From Octopus vulgaris (lineage: Eukaryota): a stretch of DNA of 64,000 bases. The stretch spans positions 18,786,001-18,850,000 of the forward strand of contig OX597834.1 of the NCBI GenBank assembly GCA_951406725.2, written 5' to 3'. Shown here piece after piece: positions 23,735-37,460 of the stretch. How positions within the stretch are numbered: the stretch's first letter is position 1; each line of letters starts with the position of its first letter. The position numbers and the translations under genes are program-made. Below the pieces are notes generated by a model that saw only the letters and a program-made list of their open reading frames with translations, had not been told where the DNA came from and ran no database searches.

Positions 23735-24850
23735 GTAATCCTTTCTACTGTTGGTACAAAGCCTGAAATTTGGTGGGAGAGGGAGAATTGACTGTTAACT
23801 CCTAGTGTTCCACTAGTTCTTATTTTATCAACCCAACAGAACGAAAGGCAAAGTCGACCTCGGTGGAATTTGAACTCAGAACATGAAGACAGACGAAATG
23901 CCACTAAGCATTTCACCTGGTGTGCTAACGATTCTACCAGCTCACAGCCTTACTATTACAAGTAATAATAAGTTTCAAAGCCAGAAATTACAGGACCGGG
24001 ATGAGCCAATTACATTGATTCCAATGTCCAACTGGTACTTTATCAACCTTGACAGGATGAAAGGCTAAGTTGACCTTGACAGAGACTAAACTCAGAATTT
24101 AAGGGAGTCAGAACAAATACCAAGAGGCATTTTTCTGATGCTCTAAAAAACTCTGCCAAGCTGCAATAACAACAAAATATTGGTTTCAAATTTTGGCACA
24201 AGGCCAGCAATTTCAGAGACGGATAAATCGGTTAAATTGACCGCAGTATTCAACTGGTACTTATTTTATCAGCCCCAAAAGGATTAAAGGCAAAGTCAAA
24301 CTCAGCGGACAAAATGCTGTTAAGGATTTTGCCCAGTATGCTAACGATTCTGCCAGCTTACCGCCTTGCATCAAGAGAATATTGGTTTCAAATTTTGATA
24401 CAAGACCAGCAAGTTCGAAGATGGGGCAAGTCAATTAGATCAATGGCTTGTAAAAGGCGGCTAGCTGGCAGAACCGTTAGCACGCAGGGCGAAATGCGTA
24501 GCCGTATTTCGTCTCGTTACGTTCTGAGTTCAAATTCCGCCGAGGTCGACTTTGCCTTTCATCCTTTCGGGGTCAATAAATTAAGTACCAGTTATGCACT
24601 GGGGTCAATGCAATCAACTTAATCACTTTGTCTGTCCTTGTTTGTCCCCTCTGTGTTTCGCCCCTTGTAGGTTGTAAAGAAAGAAATTAGATCAGCCCCA
24701 GTGTTCAATTGGTACTTGCTTAATCGACCCTGAAGGAATGAAAAGCAAAGTTAACCTCTGTGGGATTTGAAATCAGAATGTAGATGGATGAAATACCATT
24801 ATTAATTTTACTCACCATGCTAGCAGTTCTGCCAGCTCCCTGCCTTTACA
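23735..24850. mobile_element. Cluster of nested SINE family B copies in both orientations (youngest at 24453-24685 +)
   Basis: Repeated ggcaaagtcgacctcgg/gaatttgaactcag and ggcacaaggccagcaa blocks. Confidence 0.8.
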
Positions 24851-25014
24851 TTAGCAATTACAACAAAATAATAGATTACTATAACTGGTACTTCTCAATT
24901 TGCAACTGAGTTCCTACCTGACATAAAGGTCTTAATTTGACATAGATGCACCTAGAAGACTTATACATATTTGACCATTTTTGGTATGTTTTTATATACA
25001 TTATGTATTATTTA

Positions 25015-25390
25015 TTTTCTTTTAACTTGTTTCAGTCATTTGACTGCAGCTGTGCTGGAGTACCGCCTTTAGTCGAACAAATTGACCCCAGGACTTCTTC
25101 TTTATAAGCCTAGTACTTTATTGGTTTCTTTTGCTGAACTGCTAAGTTACGAGGAGGTAAATGCACCAGCATTGCTTGTCAAGCAATGTTGTGTGTATGT
25201 GGGGGAGGGACAAACACAAACACACAGATGGGTTTCTTTCAGTTTCCATCTAGCATATCCACTTACAAGGCTTTGGTTGGCCTGAGGCTATAGTAGAAGA
25301 CACTTGCCCAAGATGTCACGTAGTGGGACTGAACCCAGAACCATGTGGTTGGGAAGCAAGCTTCTTACCACACAGTCATTCCTGTACCTA
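25015..25390 (-). mobile_element. SINE family A
   Basis: Colinear with 29665-30088. Confidence 0.88.
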
Positions 25391-25409
25391 TAAATATACG
25401 TATATAGAA

Positions 25410-25922
25410 CTAGCAGTATCGCCCGGCGCTGCTCGGGTTTGTAAGGGAAATAACTATATAAGCATTTTTAGAGAGTTACTTTCCTTATAGATGCCAATTC
25501 GGGCTTTCTTAGCCATATCTGTTTTGGTGTCTTCAAGCCATGAAGTCGTTGTTCTAAAAGAACGCTGGTCTCCTTGACAACGCATTACGACATTGATTTC
25601 TTTACACTCCCTTCCCCACAGCTTCACGAGGGAGGGAAGAAGGTGGAGAAGCAAACAGGTGCAGGTGTGACCGTGGACGCCAACTCCGCCGCCATCGACA
25701 CACGAAAAATTATGCATTAAAATGGCATAAAAAATGATGTTAAATTATTTTTAAAATCGTAGACTCATCGTTGACGCGTGCTAATAGCCAGACGGGCTCG
25801 ATATGAATCACGACTATAAGATACCCGAATTTGGTTAAACTGCACCGCAAAATGTGGGAGGAGTTAGGAATCTAAATCGAAGGGGACAGACACTCACACA
25901 ACTAGAGTTTTATATATATAGA
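25410..25922 (-). mobile_element. Non-autonomous Helitron
   Basis: The minus strand starts TC(tatatatataaaactc) and ends with a GC hairpin cccgagcagcgccggg followed by cgatactgCTAG. It sits between A and T with no TSD. A second copy is at 39227-39738. Confidence 0.88.
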
Positions 25923-26229
25923 TATATTCTATAACAGACCTTAATTTAAGCTTTTCTTAATGTATTATTATACACACATTAAGACAGTGACCTTGCAGAA
26001 TCATTAGCACACTGGATGAAATGCTTAATGGTATTTCACCCATTGCTACATTCTGAGTTCAAATTGCCCCAAGGTTGACTTTACCTTTCATTATTTTGGG
26101 GTTGATGTAATCAACTTGGCCCCTCCCCACAAAATTGCTGCACTTGTGGCAAAATTTGAAACCACTGTTATATACATCTGCCAATACCTAATACTTTTTC
26201 CCCTGTTTTAATTAGCATGTTATTTATCA

Positions 26230-26483
26230 TTGTATTTTCCATTTCATGGATACATCCTTGTTGCTTCTTTATTCGTAATATCAACCATGTACCAGTTGAT
26301 CTCTTTACTGCATCTAAGGCATTTTCTTTGTCATTTAAAGGCATTAGAGATCATTGAATAGGAGAACTGTAAAGCTTCCTTCAGGCTGGCTAATGATTCT
26401 CGTTTTAATTTCAGAATCATGTGACTTCCTCCTCTGTCTTTTGCTTGGTGTATTGGCAGATGAAGTTTTTCTTCTGCATGACA
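26230..26483 (-). pseudogene. Tigger/pogo transposase N-terminal (HTH-psq) remnant
   Basis: MSCRRKTSSANTPSKRQRRKSHDSEIKTRIISQPEG, then after frameshifts LNDKENALDAVKRSTGTWLILRIKKQQGCIHEMEN. This resembles Tigger-type N-termini (K.RK.I.LE.K.KII...E.G; ILKDKE.I..AVK...MEK). Confidence 0.65.
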
Positions 26484-26794
26484 TCTTCGAGAGTGGTAAA
26501 TCTTCAGAAACTGAGATGTAAGTGGTGAAGTATAAACTGATGCTGAGCAAAAATATACTGCTGCTGCCAGGAGAAAATTACTATCAAATGCCACATGGAA
26601 ATCTTTTGTACAGCAAATGGCAAATATCTTTTGTACCTTTTACTTGTTTCAGTCATTGGACTGCAGTCAAGTTGGGGCACTTCCTTGAAGTGTTTAGTCA
26701 AAGAAATCAACCCCAGTAATTATCTTTTAAGCCTGGTACATATTCTATGCATCTCTTTTGGTGAACTGCTGAATTATGGGGACATAAAAAAATA

Positions 26795-27122
26795 AAAGAT
26801 CTTCTTTGGTTATGAACGACCATGGGGTTGCTCTTAAAAAGTTCCCCTCTGAGGCACAAGTCCAAGCAAGTTGTTTATGGAAGACCAGCAGGCACCCATG
26901 CATACCGGCCTCCACCCCCTCCAGACCACCAATGTTATCCAAGGGAAAGGCAAAGGTTGATACAGTTTGGCACCAGTGATTTCACAACTCATTTCTGCAG
27001 CTTAGTGATCTGGAGCAATGTGAAATAAAGTGTCTTGTTCAAGAACACAACATGCAACCTGGTCTGGGAATCAAACTCACTACCTCATGATTGTGAGCCT
27101 GATGCTATAATCACTGAGCCGT
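26795..27122 (-). mobile_element. tRNA-derived SINE with a distinct tail, nested in a family A SINE
   Basis: The head and core (27000-27122) resemble 7170-7310, but the 3' part differs. Confidence 0.7.
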
Positions 27123-27395
27123 GGAGACATAAGCAAACCAACAAACACTATTATACACACACATGTGCATACATGTATTTATACAATTCCTAATAATATC
27201 TAATTATAAAACTACTGTAGATTTTTTTTATATACTAGATGGCTATGAGGGTCCATCTGAGTAAAATAGAAACCAAAGGGGTCCATAGGCAAAAAATGGT
27301 TTTGAGAATCACTGGTCCAGAAGAAGAGTATTTCAGAATGAAGATAAGGTTCCAATTTCTCAAAGGCCGGCACTAGGGGTAATATGCAGCTTTAA

Positions 27396-27595
27396 CCCTT
27401 TCGCATTTAAACCAGCTGTATCTGGCCCAAATATTCTACATGTTTTATGTTCACACAGAACAGATCTGGTCTCTCACACCTACCCTACTATGTCATTCTG
27501 AAAAATAAACAATCACTTGATCAAAATCTGGAAGTGACAAGATTATGTGAATAAAAAAATATTACATTTGATAAAGTAATCAGATTGCTAAAAAG
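27396..27595. mobile_element. piggyBac-type MITE (family 2)
   Basis: TTAA-CCCTTT...AAAAG-TTAA. Homologous to 56267-56488 (inverted), about 36940-37168, and 12411-12620. Confidence 0.82.
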
Positions 27596-28262
27596 TTAAA
27601 ATATTGCCTTTAAATGAACCAGCAGGGAGCTTCTTGATGGCTCTTTCAATTGTAGGAAATAATAGTAGCCACATTTGCCTCTTAAAAACAATAAATAGAA
27701 AAAGTAGGTCACTTTGGGTAATGTAATCTTAGATAATAGACTGTCTGAAAATAGGAAGAACAGGACTAAAGTGCTTTCGATCTAAGATCTCAGTAGAGGC
27801 TAACCTGGGGCTACAGAACAAACTAACATTCAAATTGCTAAGTGAAAGTGGCAATTAATGAAAATAATGCAATTAAGAAGAAGATGGAGGCAACAAGAAG
27901 CTTCTATAACGATAAGTAAAATAAGACAGATTAATTTTGAATGAGAGTTGTGGAAAATGTGTTGAAAACGAAAAGATAATTGGAGTGTGTAGATAAGAGA
28001 AAGTTAGAAATAAGAGATGAAGAGAAGCTCTGAATGAAATAGTATGGTTTGTATTAGGAAGTGGAGATGAGGTGTATGAAACAGCAAGTTTGAGTTGTTA
28101 TATAAAGTCTTTGTTAGGAGAGAGAGAGGAAAAGACTAGAAAGTTATTGTGAGAGATATAAGAAAAACAAAATGTATTGAAGGAAAAGCTAGAGATTTTT
28201 ACACTTGATAGGAGAGAGAGAGTGTGTGTATGTGAGAGGAATAGAATGTGTGTGTTTGTGTG

Positions 28263-28318
<56 letters not shown>

Positions 28319-29664
28319 CATGTGCATATTTGCCAAAGAGAGTGGAACAAGCAGAAGATCTCTTAGTGTGCGTGGAAGAGAAAAAGGAAAGTTACTAAGT
28401 AAAGAAAATTCATTGAAATTCTTTTGATAACTTTATCAGCACACAGATATAATTGAGTTGAGTATATACATATGTATTTGTCTCTTTATCTCAATAATTA
28501 TTCTGAGATGTAAGACAGTGAATATACACCAACGCTAATGGAAGAGCATAGGGTGGAATATCTAATATTTGATTCTCTCTTTTTAACGTTTGGAATTTGT
28601 GGTGCACCAAAGTTGACATTGCATTCTCTTTTTGCTTTCAGTAAAATATACATAATGTACTGATTCACTTATCCATGCTTTCCATAAAAACTGATCTTGT
28701 GATTTGACACAAAGCACAAAATCTTAGTTGAAAACCATTTCACTCCACTTAGATTTCTATTGCCCTTGGGGAAAGGTAAGAACATCATAACTTCCTGTTT
28801 CTTCCTGTTTCTTAATCTAGTCCTGTTGTCTAGACAAAGAATGAGGAATCATTTTAGCAATAGGTGTAACTTATAAGTTCATAAGAACCTGTAGAGACAC
28901 ATCTGTGTTGCGAAAAATAATGAATCTTTAATTTTACAAATTGATAGTTATACAACTTGTATTAAAGTACTGTTTTGGTTTTAAGGCTAAAGCTGTTCTT
29001 TTACATGTGGCTTTTTAGAGACTTTGTCAGCAGGTGGCTTTAAATTAGAATACTGGCAAAAGACAACAATTATTTGTAGAATTACTTCCCCATCTCTCTC
29101 TTCCCAAGTTATTTCTATGTATGTCTGTCCGTCCGCATGTGTGCTGGCCTCTCTTTCCTCTGTCTCCTCACCTACCTCTATGTCTGTCTGCTTTTATGCC
29201 TCTGTCTATGCACATGTATACATGTGTGTCTGTCTGTCTGTCTCTCTATATTTATCTAACCATCTGTATAGGCCCCTTATGTCCATCCACCCATACGGCT
29301 ATCCACACCCTCCCATATATTTCCGCCCACATTCCTTCCCCTCATGCTTTTTACCTCTCTTACCTACCAAGAACAACATCTCTTTCTTTGTCTTCTTTCA
29401 ATATCTACATCTTTCATCTCTAACCCTTCCACCTAATTTGTGTCAACAGTTTTCTTAAACCTACCTCTCTTTTCTTTCCCTTTTCAATCCTTTCTTTCTT
29501 CTCCTCCCATTTTAACCAGAAAACTGTTCCCCATCTGTCACCGTCTATTTTATAAAATTCTACTTCCTATATTCATTTTCGTTACTGTCCTCTCCCAGCA
29601 ATAAGCCTCTCTCTCTCTCCTTCCTCATCTCACTCCATCTTCTTCTCAATAATAGTTTTAACCA

Positions 29665-29878
29665 TTTACTCTTTTACTCTTTTACTTGTTTCAGTCATTT
29701 GACTGCGGCCATGCTGGAGCACTGCCTTTAATCGAGCAACTCGACCCCAGGACTTATTCTTTTGTAAGCCCAGTACTTATTCTATCGGTCTCTTTTGCCG
29801 AACCGCTAAGTAACAGGGACATAAACACACCAGCATCGGTTGTCAAGCAATGCTAGGGGGACAAACACAGACACACAA

Positions 29879-29921
<43 letters not shown>

Positions 29922-30088
29922 TACGACGGGCTTCTTTCAGTTTCCGTCTACCAAATCCACTCACAAGGCTTTGGTCGGCCCGAGGCTATAGTAGAAGACA
30001 CTTGCCCAAGGTGCCACGCAGTGGGACTGAACCCGGGACCATGTGGTTGGTAAGCAAGCTACTTACCACACAGCCACTCCTGTGCCTA
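29665..30088 (-). mobile_element. Full-length SINE family A
   Basis: Head (rc) aggcacaggagtggctgtgtggtaagtagc...gggttcagtccc, internal (TA)n, and a (gtaaaaga)n tail. Confidence 0.93.
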
Positions 30089-31274
30089 TTCATTTATATT
30101 ACTCAATAGCTACTTCTCATTCTTTTGCTCTCTGTTTTAATCAATATCTTATTTTACCTTTCTCTTTTTCTATCTACGGACATTACTCCATTTTTCTCTT
30201 TCCCTCTTGTTCAGCCTTTCATTCTCTCTCTTTCTCGCTATAAAATCCCAAAACCCGCAATTTTTAACAATTGTTAGATTACTATTGCTCCATACAGTGC
30301 TAAATTAAATCACTTTGTATTAGACAGTATTGGGTTGTCTTACAACGTTACACAAACAATTTACCTCCACATCAACATTAGCATTTCTTTTTTTAGCCAT
30401 TCAATAATATTTTAAAGATAAAAAAGCAAACATCAAAGTATTTTCTCTTCTATTATTTCTAATAACCCAGAAAAAAAAAGGAAAACAACAAAAACTCTAA
30501 CAACACAATTAAAATGCTTAAACGTCACAAGACTTAGAGTCATCTTTAATGTAATAGAATTTAAAAATAAAAATAAAAAAAGATCTATTCGACAGTAACT
30601 GTAGTCTCAACAACATTGATATGCTTCATTTAACTTGCAACTGACACAAACTACTGTGTATTTTTGATGTTAAAGTAATTTGTAATGTTCTCTAAGATTG
30701 GGCAAGATACAAGACTAGATTCGGGCGTTACGGTCAACATTTTCCTGTCAGATTGTAATGCAATGAAAAATATTGGAAGTTTAGTTTCCATTACTTGATT
30801 TATAGTTTAGCGATGGAATATTGATTATAATGACTCTTTTGGTAGAAGAAAGAACGAGGCAATCACTTCATGTAAGAAAGAGAATGATTTCATAATAACA
30901 AGCAAGTTCATAGATAGATATCAGTCTTACTGGTCTTAATGTTTACTCTTCTACCCTTATACGGGTTTCCAGTAAATGGACTGTAGCCAGACTGGGACTC
31001 ATTTTATCAATCTCTTTTTACCAAGCCACATAGTTGCAGGACATAAATGGATTCAACATTAACATAAAACCTGTTGTTTTTTCAATGATATGAACATATA
31101 GACATATGCACACACACATGCATGCACGCACACACACATGCGTGCACACTGGTACCAGCCTTCCCATGTGGTAGGTTTGATAATTGTTGAGATTTCTCTC
31201 TACATGAAACCATTGAGTGCCTTGTTAATCCACAAAAAACTCTGTGTGTGTATGCATATATATATATATATATA

Positions 31275-31570
31275 TATCACCGTGATCATCATGACCGACC
31301 ACAGGCTATCAGATGTTGCTACACATTGCTGGTCACAATGCACTTTGCATTGTTTAAGCCTTCAAATGATGCCACCCTGCTGGCTAAGCGAGCAGGCCAA
31401 CAGAAGAAAGAGTGAGAGAAAGTTGTGGCAAAAGAGTACAGCAGGGATTGCCACCACCCCCTGCCGGAGCCTCATGGAGCTTTAGGTGTTTTCGCTCAAT
31501 AAACTCTCACAACACCTGGTCTGGGAATTGAAACCACGATCCTACAACCGTGAGTCCGCTGCATCCACAT
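31275..31570 (-). mobile_element. tRNA(Arg)-like SINE (OR-type) sharing head and core with 48321-48710 but with a different tail
   Basis: 31408-31562 matches 48528-48682, whereas 31275-31405 is unrelated to 48321-48525. Confidence 0.8.
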
Positions 31571-31572
31571 TC

Positions 31573-31604
<32 letters not shown>

Positions 31605-31608
<4 letters not shown>

Positions 31609-31912
31609 CGGTGGCACATAAAATCACCCACTACACTCTCGGAGTGGTTGGCGTTAGGAAGGGCATCCAGCCGTAGAAACACTGCCAGATCTGACTGGCC
31701 TGGTGCAGCCTTCAGGCTTGCCAGACCCCAGTTGAACCGTCCAACCCATGCTAGCATGGAAAGCGGACGTTAAACGATGATGATGATGATGATGATATAT
31801 ATATATATATATATATATTTACTACACTCTCGGAGTGGTTGGCGTTAGGAAGGGCATCCAGTTGTAGAAACTCTGCCAGATCAGATTGGAGTCTGGTGCA
31901 GCCATCTGGTTT
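31605..31912 (+). mobile_element. Two tandem short RTE 3'-end copies
   Basis: actacactctcggagtggttggcgttaggaagggcatccag occurs twice. The first copy ends in (GAT)n at about 31795. Confidence 0.88.
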
Positions 31913-32869
31913 CATCCGACTGTATGCTCTGAGTTTAAATTCCATCAAGTCAACTTTGCCTTTCATCTTTTCAGGGTTGATAAAATAAGTACCTGTTGAG
32001 CACTGGGGCCAGATCTGCTGACCTTAAATTGAAATCAATGTGGTGGCAGAAGGAAGAATAAATATGTTATCATAATGCCAGAACTTCACTGCATCTCTAT
32101 GAATTGAATTTTATTTATTTATTTATTTGTTATATGAGAAATTAACTCTAAATATCAAATATTGGTTTCTAATTTTGGCACCAGGCCAGCAAGTTTGAGG
32201 GAGGGGTAAGTCAATTACATCAACCCCAATGTTCAATTGGTACTTATTTTATCGACCCCACCCCTAAAAGGATGAAAGTCAAAGTTGACCTTGGTTGAAA
32301 TATTGACTATTCTTAATGTTTATGTTGAGGATTTTTTTCTCCCACTAATATTGATGTTTCAAACTTAAAATTCCTTATGAAAAATATATCAAATTATCTA
32401 ACTGTTTTACACTTTTTCATTATCTTTGCTCAAATGTTGTGGCATAGATAGTTAAAACCCCACCCTGTCTGACTTTATATCCCTCCGTAAACTAGGGACC
32501 AGTAATATATTGGTTTCTTACATTGGTACAAAGCCTCAAGTTTGAAAGGGAGGACCTAGCTGATTATATGGCAGTTAGTAGTTGATTGATCATCCTTACT
32601 TCTTATCAGTAATGTGTTAAGAAGGCAAGCATCAACTATAACTTTCTTTTATAAAACAGGCCCTGCAAGTAAAAAAGAAATAAAATTTTATCCTCATTTG
32701 CAGACTTCTTATAAGATAGAACAGATCAATTCCTATTCCCAAGCTTGGCATAGTGGTTAGTAATAAAAACATGTATGAAAATCTTGTTCTTTGCAAACCA
32801 ACTTTTGGTTTGGTTTAGTGGGAACCAATTTTTTTCTGTTGGTGTTAAGTAATAAATGGTTTAGATTTA

Positions 32870-33260
32870 GCTTTAGATGTTGACAAAGCAGGTCACTGAC
32901 ATCCAGTGTTACAATTTCACTTCTGTAAGAAATATCGACTTAGTTTACATTTCTTAAAAGGTCATTTGAATCACAGTTTGGTTGCTGTGTGTTATGAGTG
33001 TATTGGTTTTTCACATTTTAAAGGTAACTTTCTAGAACTTTCCTTTATATCACTCTCAGAGGGTGAATACAAATGTTTTGAACTATTGTGGGATTGGAGA
33101 TGACTTGAAGAGATAAAAATCTTTGGTATTGATTAATAATTTCTGGTATTGATACTTGTGTTATATCAGTTCTCTTTTTATAGTTATGTATTCTGAATCC
33201 AGAATATTAACTCCACACTCTTCTTTGATAATGTTTAAGAATTTGCATATGCAATCTTTA
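32870..33260 (-). mobile_element. Possible very old Penelope-like RT remnant
   Basis: Frameshifted minus-strand peptides PTIVQNICIHP and EIVTLDVSDL/FVNI resemble the PLE RT motifs RPIVS...SP and LVSLDV.SLFTNI. Confidence 0.35.
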
Positions 33261-34059
33261 GAATGTATGTATTAATGTTTTTGTTCAGATCCATCCCCAG
33301 ACATAGCTGGTTTTATTAATTCACAAAAAAAAAAAAACGAAAACAAAATAGCTGTATAACCTTTCTTTTTTCTTCTCTTTACCAATTGATATTACCAAGT
33401 ATCATATGCTACTAGAATTTTTTTTTTCCTTATTAAGTTGTTGAGATGCTAGTTTATTTGAAGAATTTGAGACATATAGTGCAAACAATAAGATAACAAG
33501 CCACTAAAAACTGCTCTACTAGATTCTTTAACTTAATAGAAATAACTGCTAAAGGCGGTGTGCTGGCAGAATCGTTAGCACATTGGGCAAAATGCTTAGC
33601 GGTATTTTGTTTGCCATTACGTTCTGAGTTCAAATTCCGCCAAGGTGAGGGCAAGAGCATTCAGCTGTTGAAAATCTGCTTCAGTGAAGTTGTTGTTTCT
33701 TAGCCCAGGGTTGGCCATGATTGACCACATCTACAGTCAAAACTACTTCAGTCTCAACAAACGTGTTTATTTTTATTTATTATTTTTTTTATCTCACACA
33801 TCATGTATTTAATACTACATTATAGAATGTAGAATTTGTGATTATCATTGGGAAGATGATAGACTCACCAGCCCTTATTGATATAAACTTCTTTAAACAT
33901 TACATGGAAGAAACATAGTCAAGGTTTCTGTAAAGGTATTTGAACATATCTCAATCATAAAAGAGAGAGAATGACAAAGAGTCAATACAAATCAATTAAG
34001 TTATATTAAAAATCCAGTATTACTGATAATGCTGGGTTTGGTTTGTGTTAGTATGGTAA

Positions 34060-34760
34060 TTGCATATTTGGGTTAAGACATTAGCAAAAACTGGATAAAA
34101 AAAAAAGGAAAGAATTTAAAAAGCATTGAAAACACCAAACAAGTGTACAAAATCAATGTAATTGTACTGTGAAAGAAAGAGATATTTATTGATGTTTCAA
34201 ACAATTTTCCTTTGTCAAAATAAAGATGGAGAAGAGGAAGAAAATAACTGGATGGAAAATGAAGCAATGTGTGACTGTTGAAGGCGAAACTTGCTGGTAG
34301 GGCAAACAAGAAATGAGTAGAATAGGTGGTCTTCAGCATAGAAGAGTGAATTTAAGCTAAGGGGAATAAAAGCAGTGTGGCAAAGTGTGTGAGTGTGTAT
34401 GAGAGAGAAGAAAGTATTTATTTGGGAAATGTTGTGTAAGAATGTCCAAGTGATAGTAAAGAATAAATAACCATTGATATAACATACATTGGGTGGGTGT
34501 GAGATGGATGGGTGTGAATTGTGTATGGGGAGAAAAGGGACAGTTGTGGTCAAGGTAAGGGCAGAAGAGAGTGTAGGTTGTTCAAGGAAAGTAGTCAGTT
34601 ATTGACACCAGATGGAGCAGCTATGTCCAAGTAGAAGACTAATTGTTTTGACTAAACCAGAAAATTGGAGTCTCGTGGTGTAGTACAATCCTGCAAACTG
34701 TGTGATGCAAGTGGAAGTGGCCTGGAGAAGTGACCAGTTTCTGCTTTTGCTCACAATTTA
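34060..34760 (-). mobile_element. Penelope-like element 3' remnant (GIY-YIG C-terminus, pyrimidine-rich UTR, decayed hammerhead)
   Basis: The minus strand reads TGHFSRP...KQLVFYLDIAAPSGVNN*, compared with the PLE pattern HF...EQ.LIF.LGT..P.GLN. Downstream, 34185-34224 reads tttatt-TTGACAA-aggaaaattgttt-GAAACATC-aataaa. Confidence 0.55.
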
Positions 34761-35299
34761 ACCTGTATCATCATCATCCTCCTCATCATCTTTTAATGTC
34801 CTCTTTTCCATGTTTGCATAAGTCTGATGAAATTCCTTGAGTCAGATTTTCTACAGCCGGATCTTCTTCCTGTCACCTATTCTCCTCACTTGCTTCCAAA
34901 CAAGGCAATATTTTTCCCTAATCCTTTGAACACAAATAACACAATAGTTGAGTATTTCCATGAAAGATTGCAAATGGAATGTCATTACTTGTATGAGGGT
35001 GGGGTTCTTTTACAGTTAGCATGCAATGTTAAGACTAGGAGACATGAACACACACACATACACACACGTTTATGACAGACTCCTTATGTTTCCATCAACT
35101 AAATCCAAAATCCAAATGGGATTCTACATTCCAAATTTAGTTGACACGGAGCTGTAGTAGAAGACATTCACTGATAGTGCTGTGCATTGAGACTGAACTT
35201 GAAAGCTCATGGTTGGGAAGTGAACTTCTTAACAACATAGCCACACTTGTACTATTATGTTATATATACTTATGTGTGTAGATACACACATACATACTT

Positions 35300-35570
35300 G
35301 CATGTGTGTGTGTGCATGTGCGTGCACGTGTGTGTGTGTGTGTGGATGGGTGTGTGGGTGTGCGCATGTGTGTGCACGTGTGTGTGTGTGTGTGTGTGCA
35401 CATGTGCGTGCACGTATGGGTGTGTGTGTGTGTGTGTGATGGGTGTGTGAGTGTGTGTGTGTGCGCGTGTGCGTGCACGTGTGTGTGTGTGTGTGCGCAT
35501 GTGAGTGCACATGTGTGTGTGTGTGTGTGTGTGGATGGGTGTATGAGTGTGTGTGTGCGTGTGGGTGTGC
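35300..35570. repeat. Compound (GT)n/(GC/AC) alternating purine-pyrimidine microsatellite
   Basis: Directly visible. Confidence 0.95.
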
Positions 35571-36339
35571 ATTATAAATAAACATTATGTCCTTTCAGCA
35601 CATTAGATCTTTGAAATAGCAACTTTTGATCATCAACTGACCTACATGGGATGAAACCATATAATTCTTTGTGTCTCAGTGTTGATAGATGACTCAAGAG
35701 TCCATGATCAATATTTCAATAGATTTCTATGCAAGATTTTCATTTCAGCCAAGCTCTCAGATAGACAACTTTATTAATTTAACAGGATCTAGTCATTTCG
35801 ATACTAATTAAACAGACGCAGCATTTTTCACATGGAAAATAATATCACTTAATAAATATTTCTTTTGAAACAGAAATCAACAACTTATAAGGAATTCCCT
35901 TGAAAAATTTCGGAGATGTTCTATCGCTATACTTTTCTTCATAACGTCATCCATTGCTCCACCATATTGGTGTCATTGCTGGCCTATTATTGCACTTTCT
36001 CTCTACAGAGTTGAAAAGAACTATTCAAATGTATTCAGTCAGCCATACATAACACACGATATGGTTCCAATCAATATGGTGTCTTTGATATCAAACATTA
36101 CTTACTATTTATTGCAATAGTTTATTTATAGTACACAGCTAGTTTCCACTACAGTGTCTACTATGCTTCACTTAAAATATATAAATTTACAAGTAGTATA
36201 TTGGTTGTATTGTTTAAGCTACTAAATTAGCTTTTGTAGTCATGATTTAAGTAATTGCCTGGTTTTCCTTACTGCTTAATTCATGTACATTCCTAGAGAT
36301 GAGCCAATGAGGTTGCCTCTCTGTGGTCACTTAACCTGT

Positions 36340-36565
36340 TAGCTGGCAGAACCGTTAGCACGCCGGGCGAAATACGTAACCGTATTTCGTCTGTCGTTAC
36401 GTTCTGAGTTCAAATTCCGCCGAGGTCGACTTTGCCTTTCATCCTTTCGGGGTCGATAAATTAAGTACCAGTTATGCACTGGGGGTCGATGTAATCGACC
36501 TAATCTGTTTGTTTGTCCTTGTTTGTCCCCTCTATGTTTAGCCCCTTGTGGGTAATAAAGAAACA
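36340..36565 (+). mobile_element. SINE family B
   Basis: Near-identical to 21915-22130. Confidence 0.9.
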
Positions 36566-37259
36566 TATAAATAGCAGCAAGTCTCCTTAAATCAAATTTT
36601 ACCCACTTAAAAAAATGGAGGGCAACATTGGATAACGTAGGGCTAGATTAAGTTGAATGGTCAGAAATGGAGCGTCTTTTGTCATAGATCTGCTTGATCA
36701 GGCTGACTTGGAATATAAATGACAACAGTGTTCAACATCTGAGCCATATCTGCTATTAAGCTTTTTAATTTCCCTTGCTGCCATTTGCTTCATTGTCAAC
36801 TGGTCACTGGTACCCTTTACTCTGCTTCTCTCAGTTCCTGCTTTATGTATCTTCCTCATGGGATTGATGGTTTGCTTTGTAATAGTGGTTCTCAACCGGG
36901 GTCTGTATGACCCTTGGGGGTTCATATATGATTTTATTGTTTACCCTTTGGCATTTGAACTGGGCATATCTGGCCAAAAATATTCTACTTGTTTTATGTT
37001 CAAACTGGACAGATCTGATCTCTCACACTTAGTGTACAACATCATTTGAAAAATAAACAGTTGCATCATTGAAATTTCAAAGCTGTGAGAGAATACATGA
37101 TCAATTCAAAATATTAAGAATAGATAAACATTACATTTAACAGGATAGTCTGGATGTTATTACGTTAACATTTATGTGCAATAAATTGGTTATATTCCTA
37201 CAATGCACAAAATATTTTAACAATTTTTTTTACACAACTCCTAATAGTAATTAATTATT

Positions 37260-37460
37260 GGACAGCTGTGTGAAAAAGTGTCACACCCTAGCGGTTGAGG
37301 GAACTTGTGGAAGAGGTAAACCCAGGAAGACCTGGGATAAGGTGGTGAAGCACGACCTTTGAACATTGGGCCTTACTGAGGCAATGACTAGTGACCGAGA
37401 TCTTTGGAGATATGCTGTACTTGAGAAGACCTGACAAGCTAGGTGAGACCATAGCCCATA
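37260..37460 (+). mobile_element. RTE LINE C-terminal fragment
   Basis: VKKCHTLAVEGTCGRGKPRKTWDKVVKHDL*TLGLTEAMTSDRDLWRYAVLEKT. Confidence 0.85.

Noticed and set aside
25454-25717. Similar ORFs at 25454-25717 and 39271-39468 suggesting a duplicated gene
   Set aside because: Both lie inside copies of the same non-autonomous Helitron, with no recognisable domain and different starts.
28642-28775. Possible + strand exon (tttcag acceptor, AAG/GTAAGA donor)
   Set aside because: It has stops in all three frames, and such signals occur by chance in 64 kb. It cannot be supported without RNA data.
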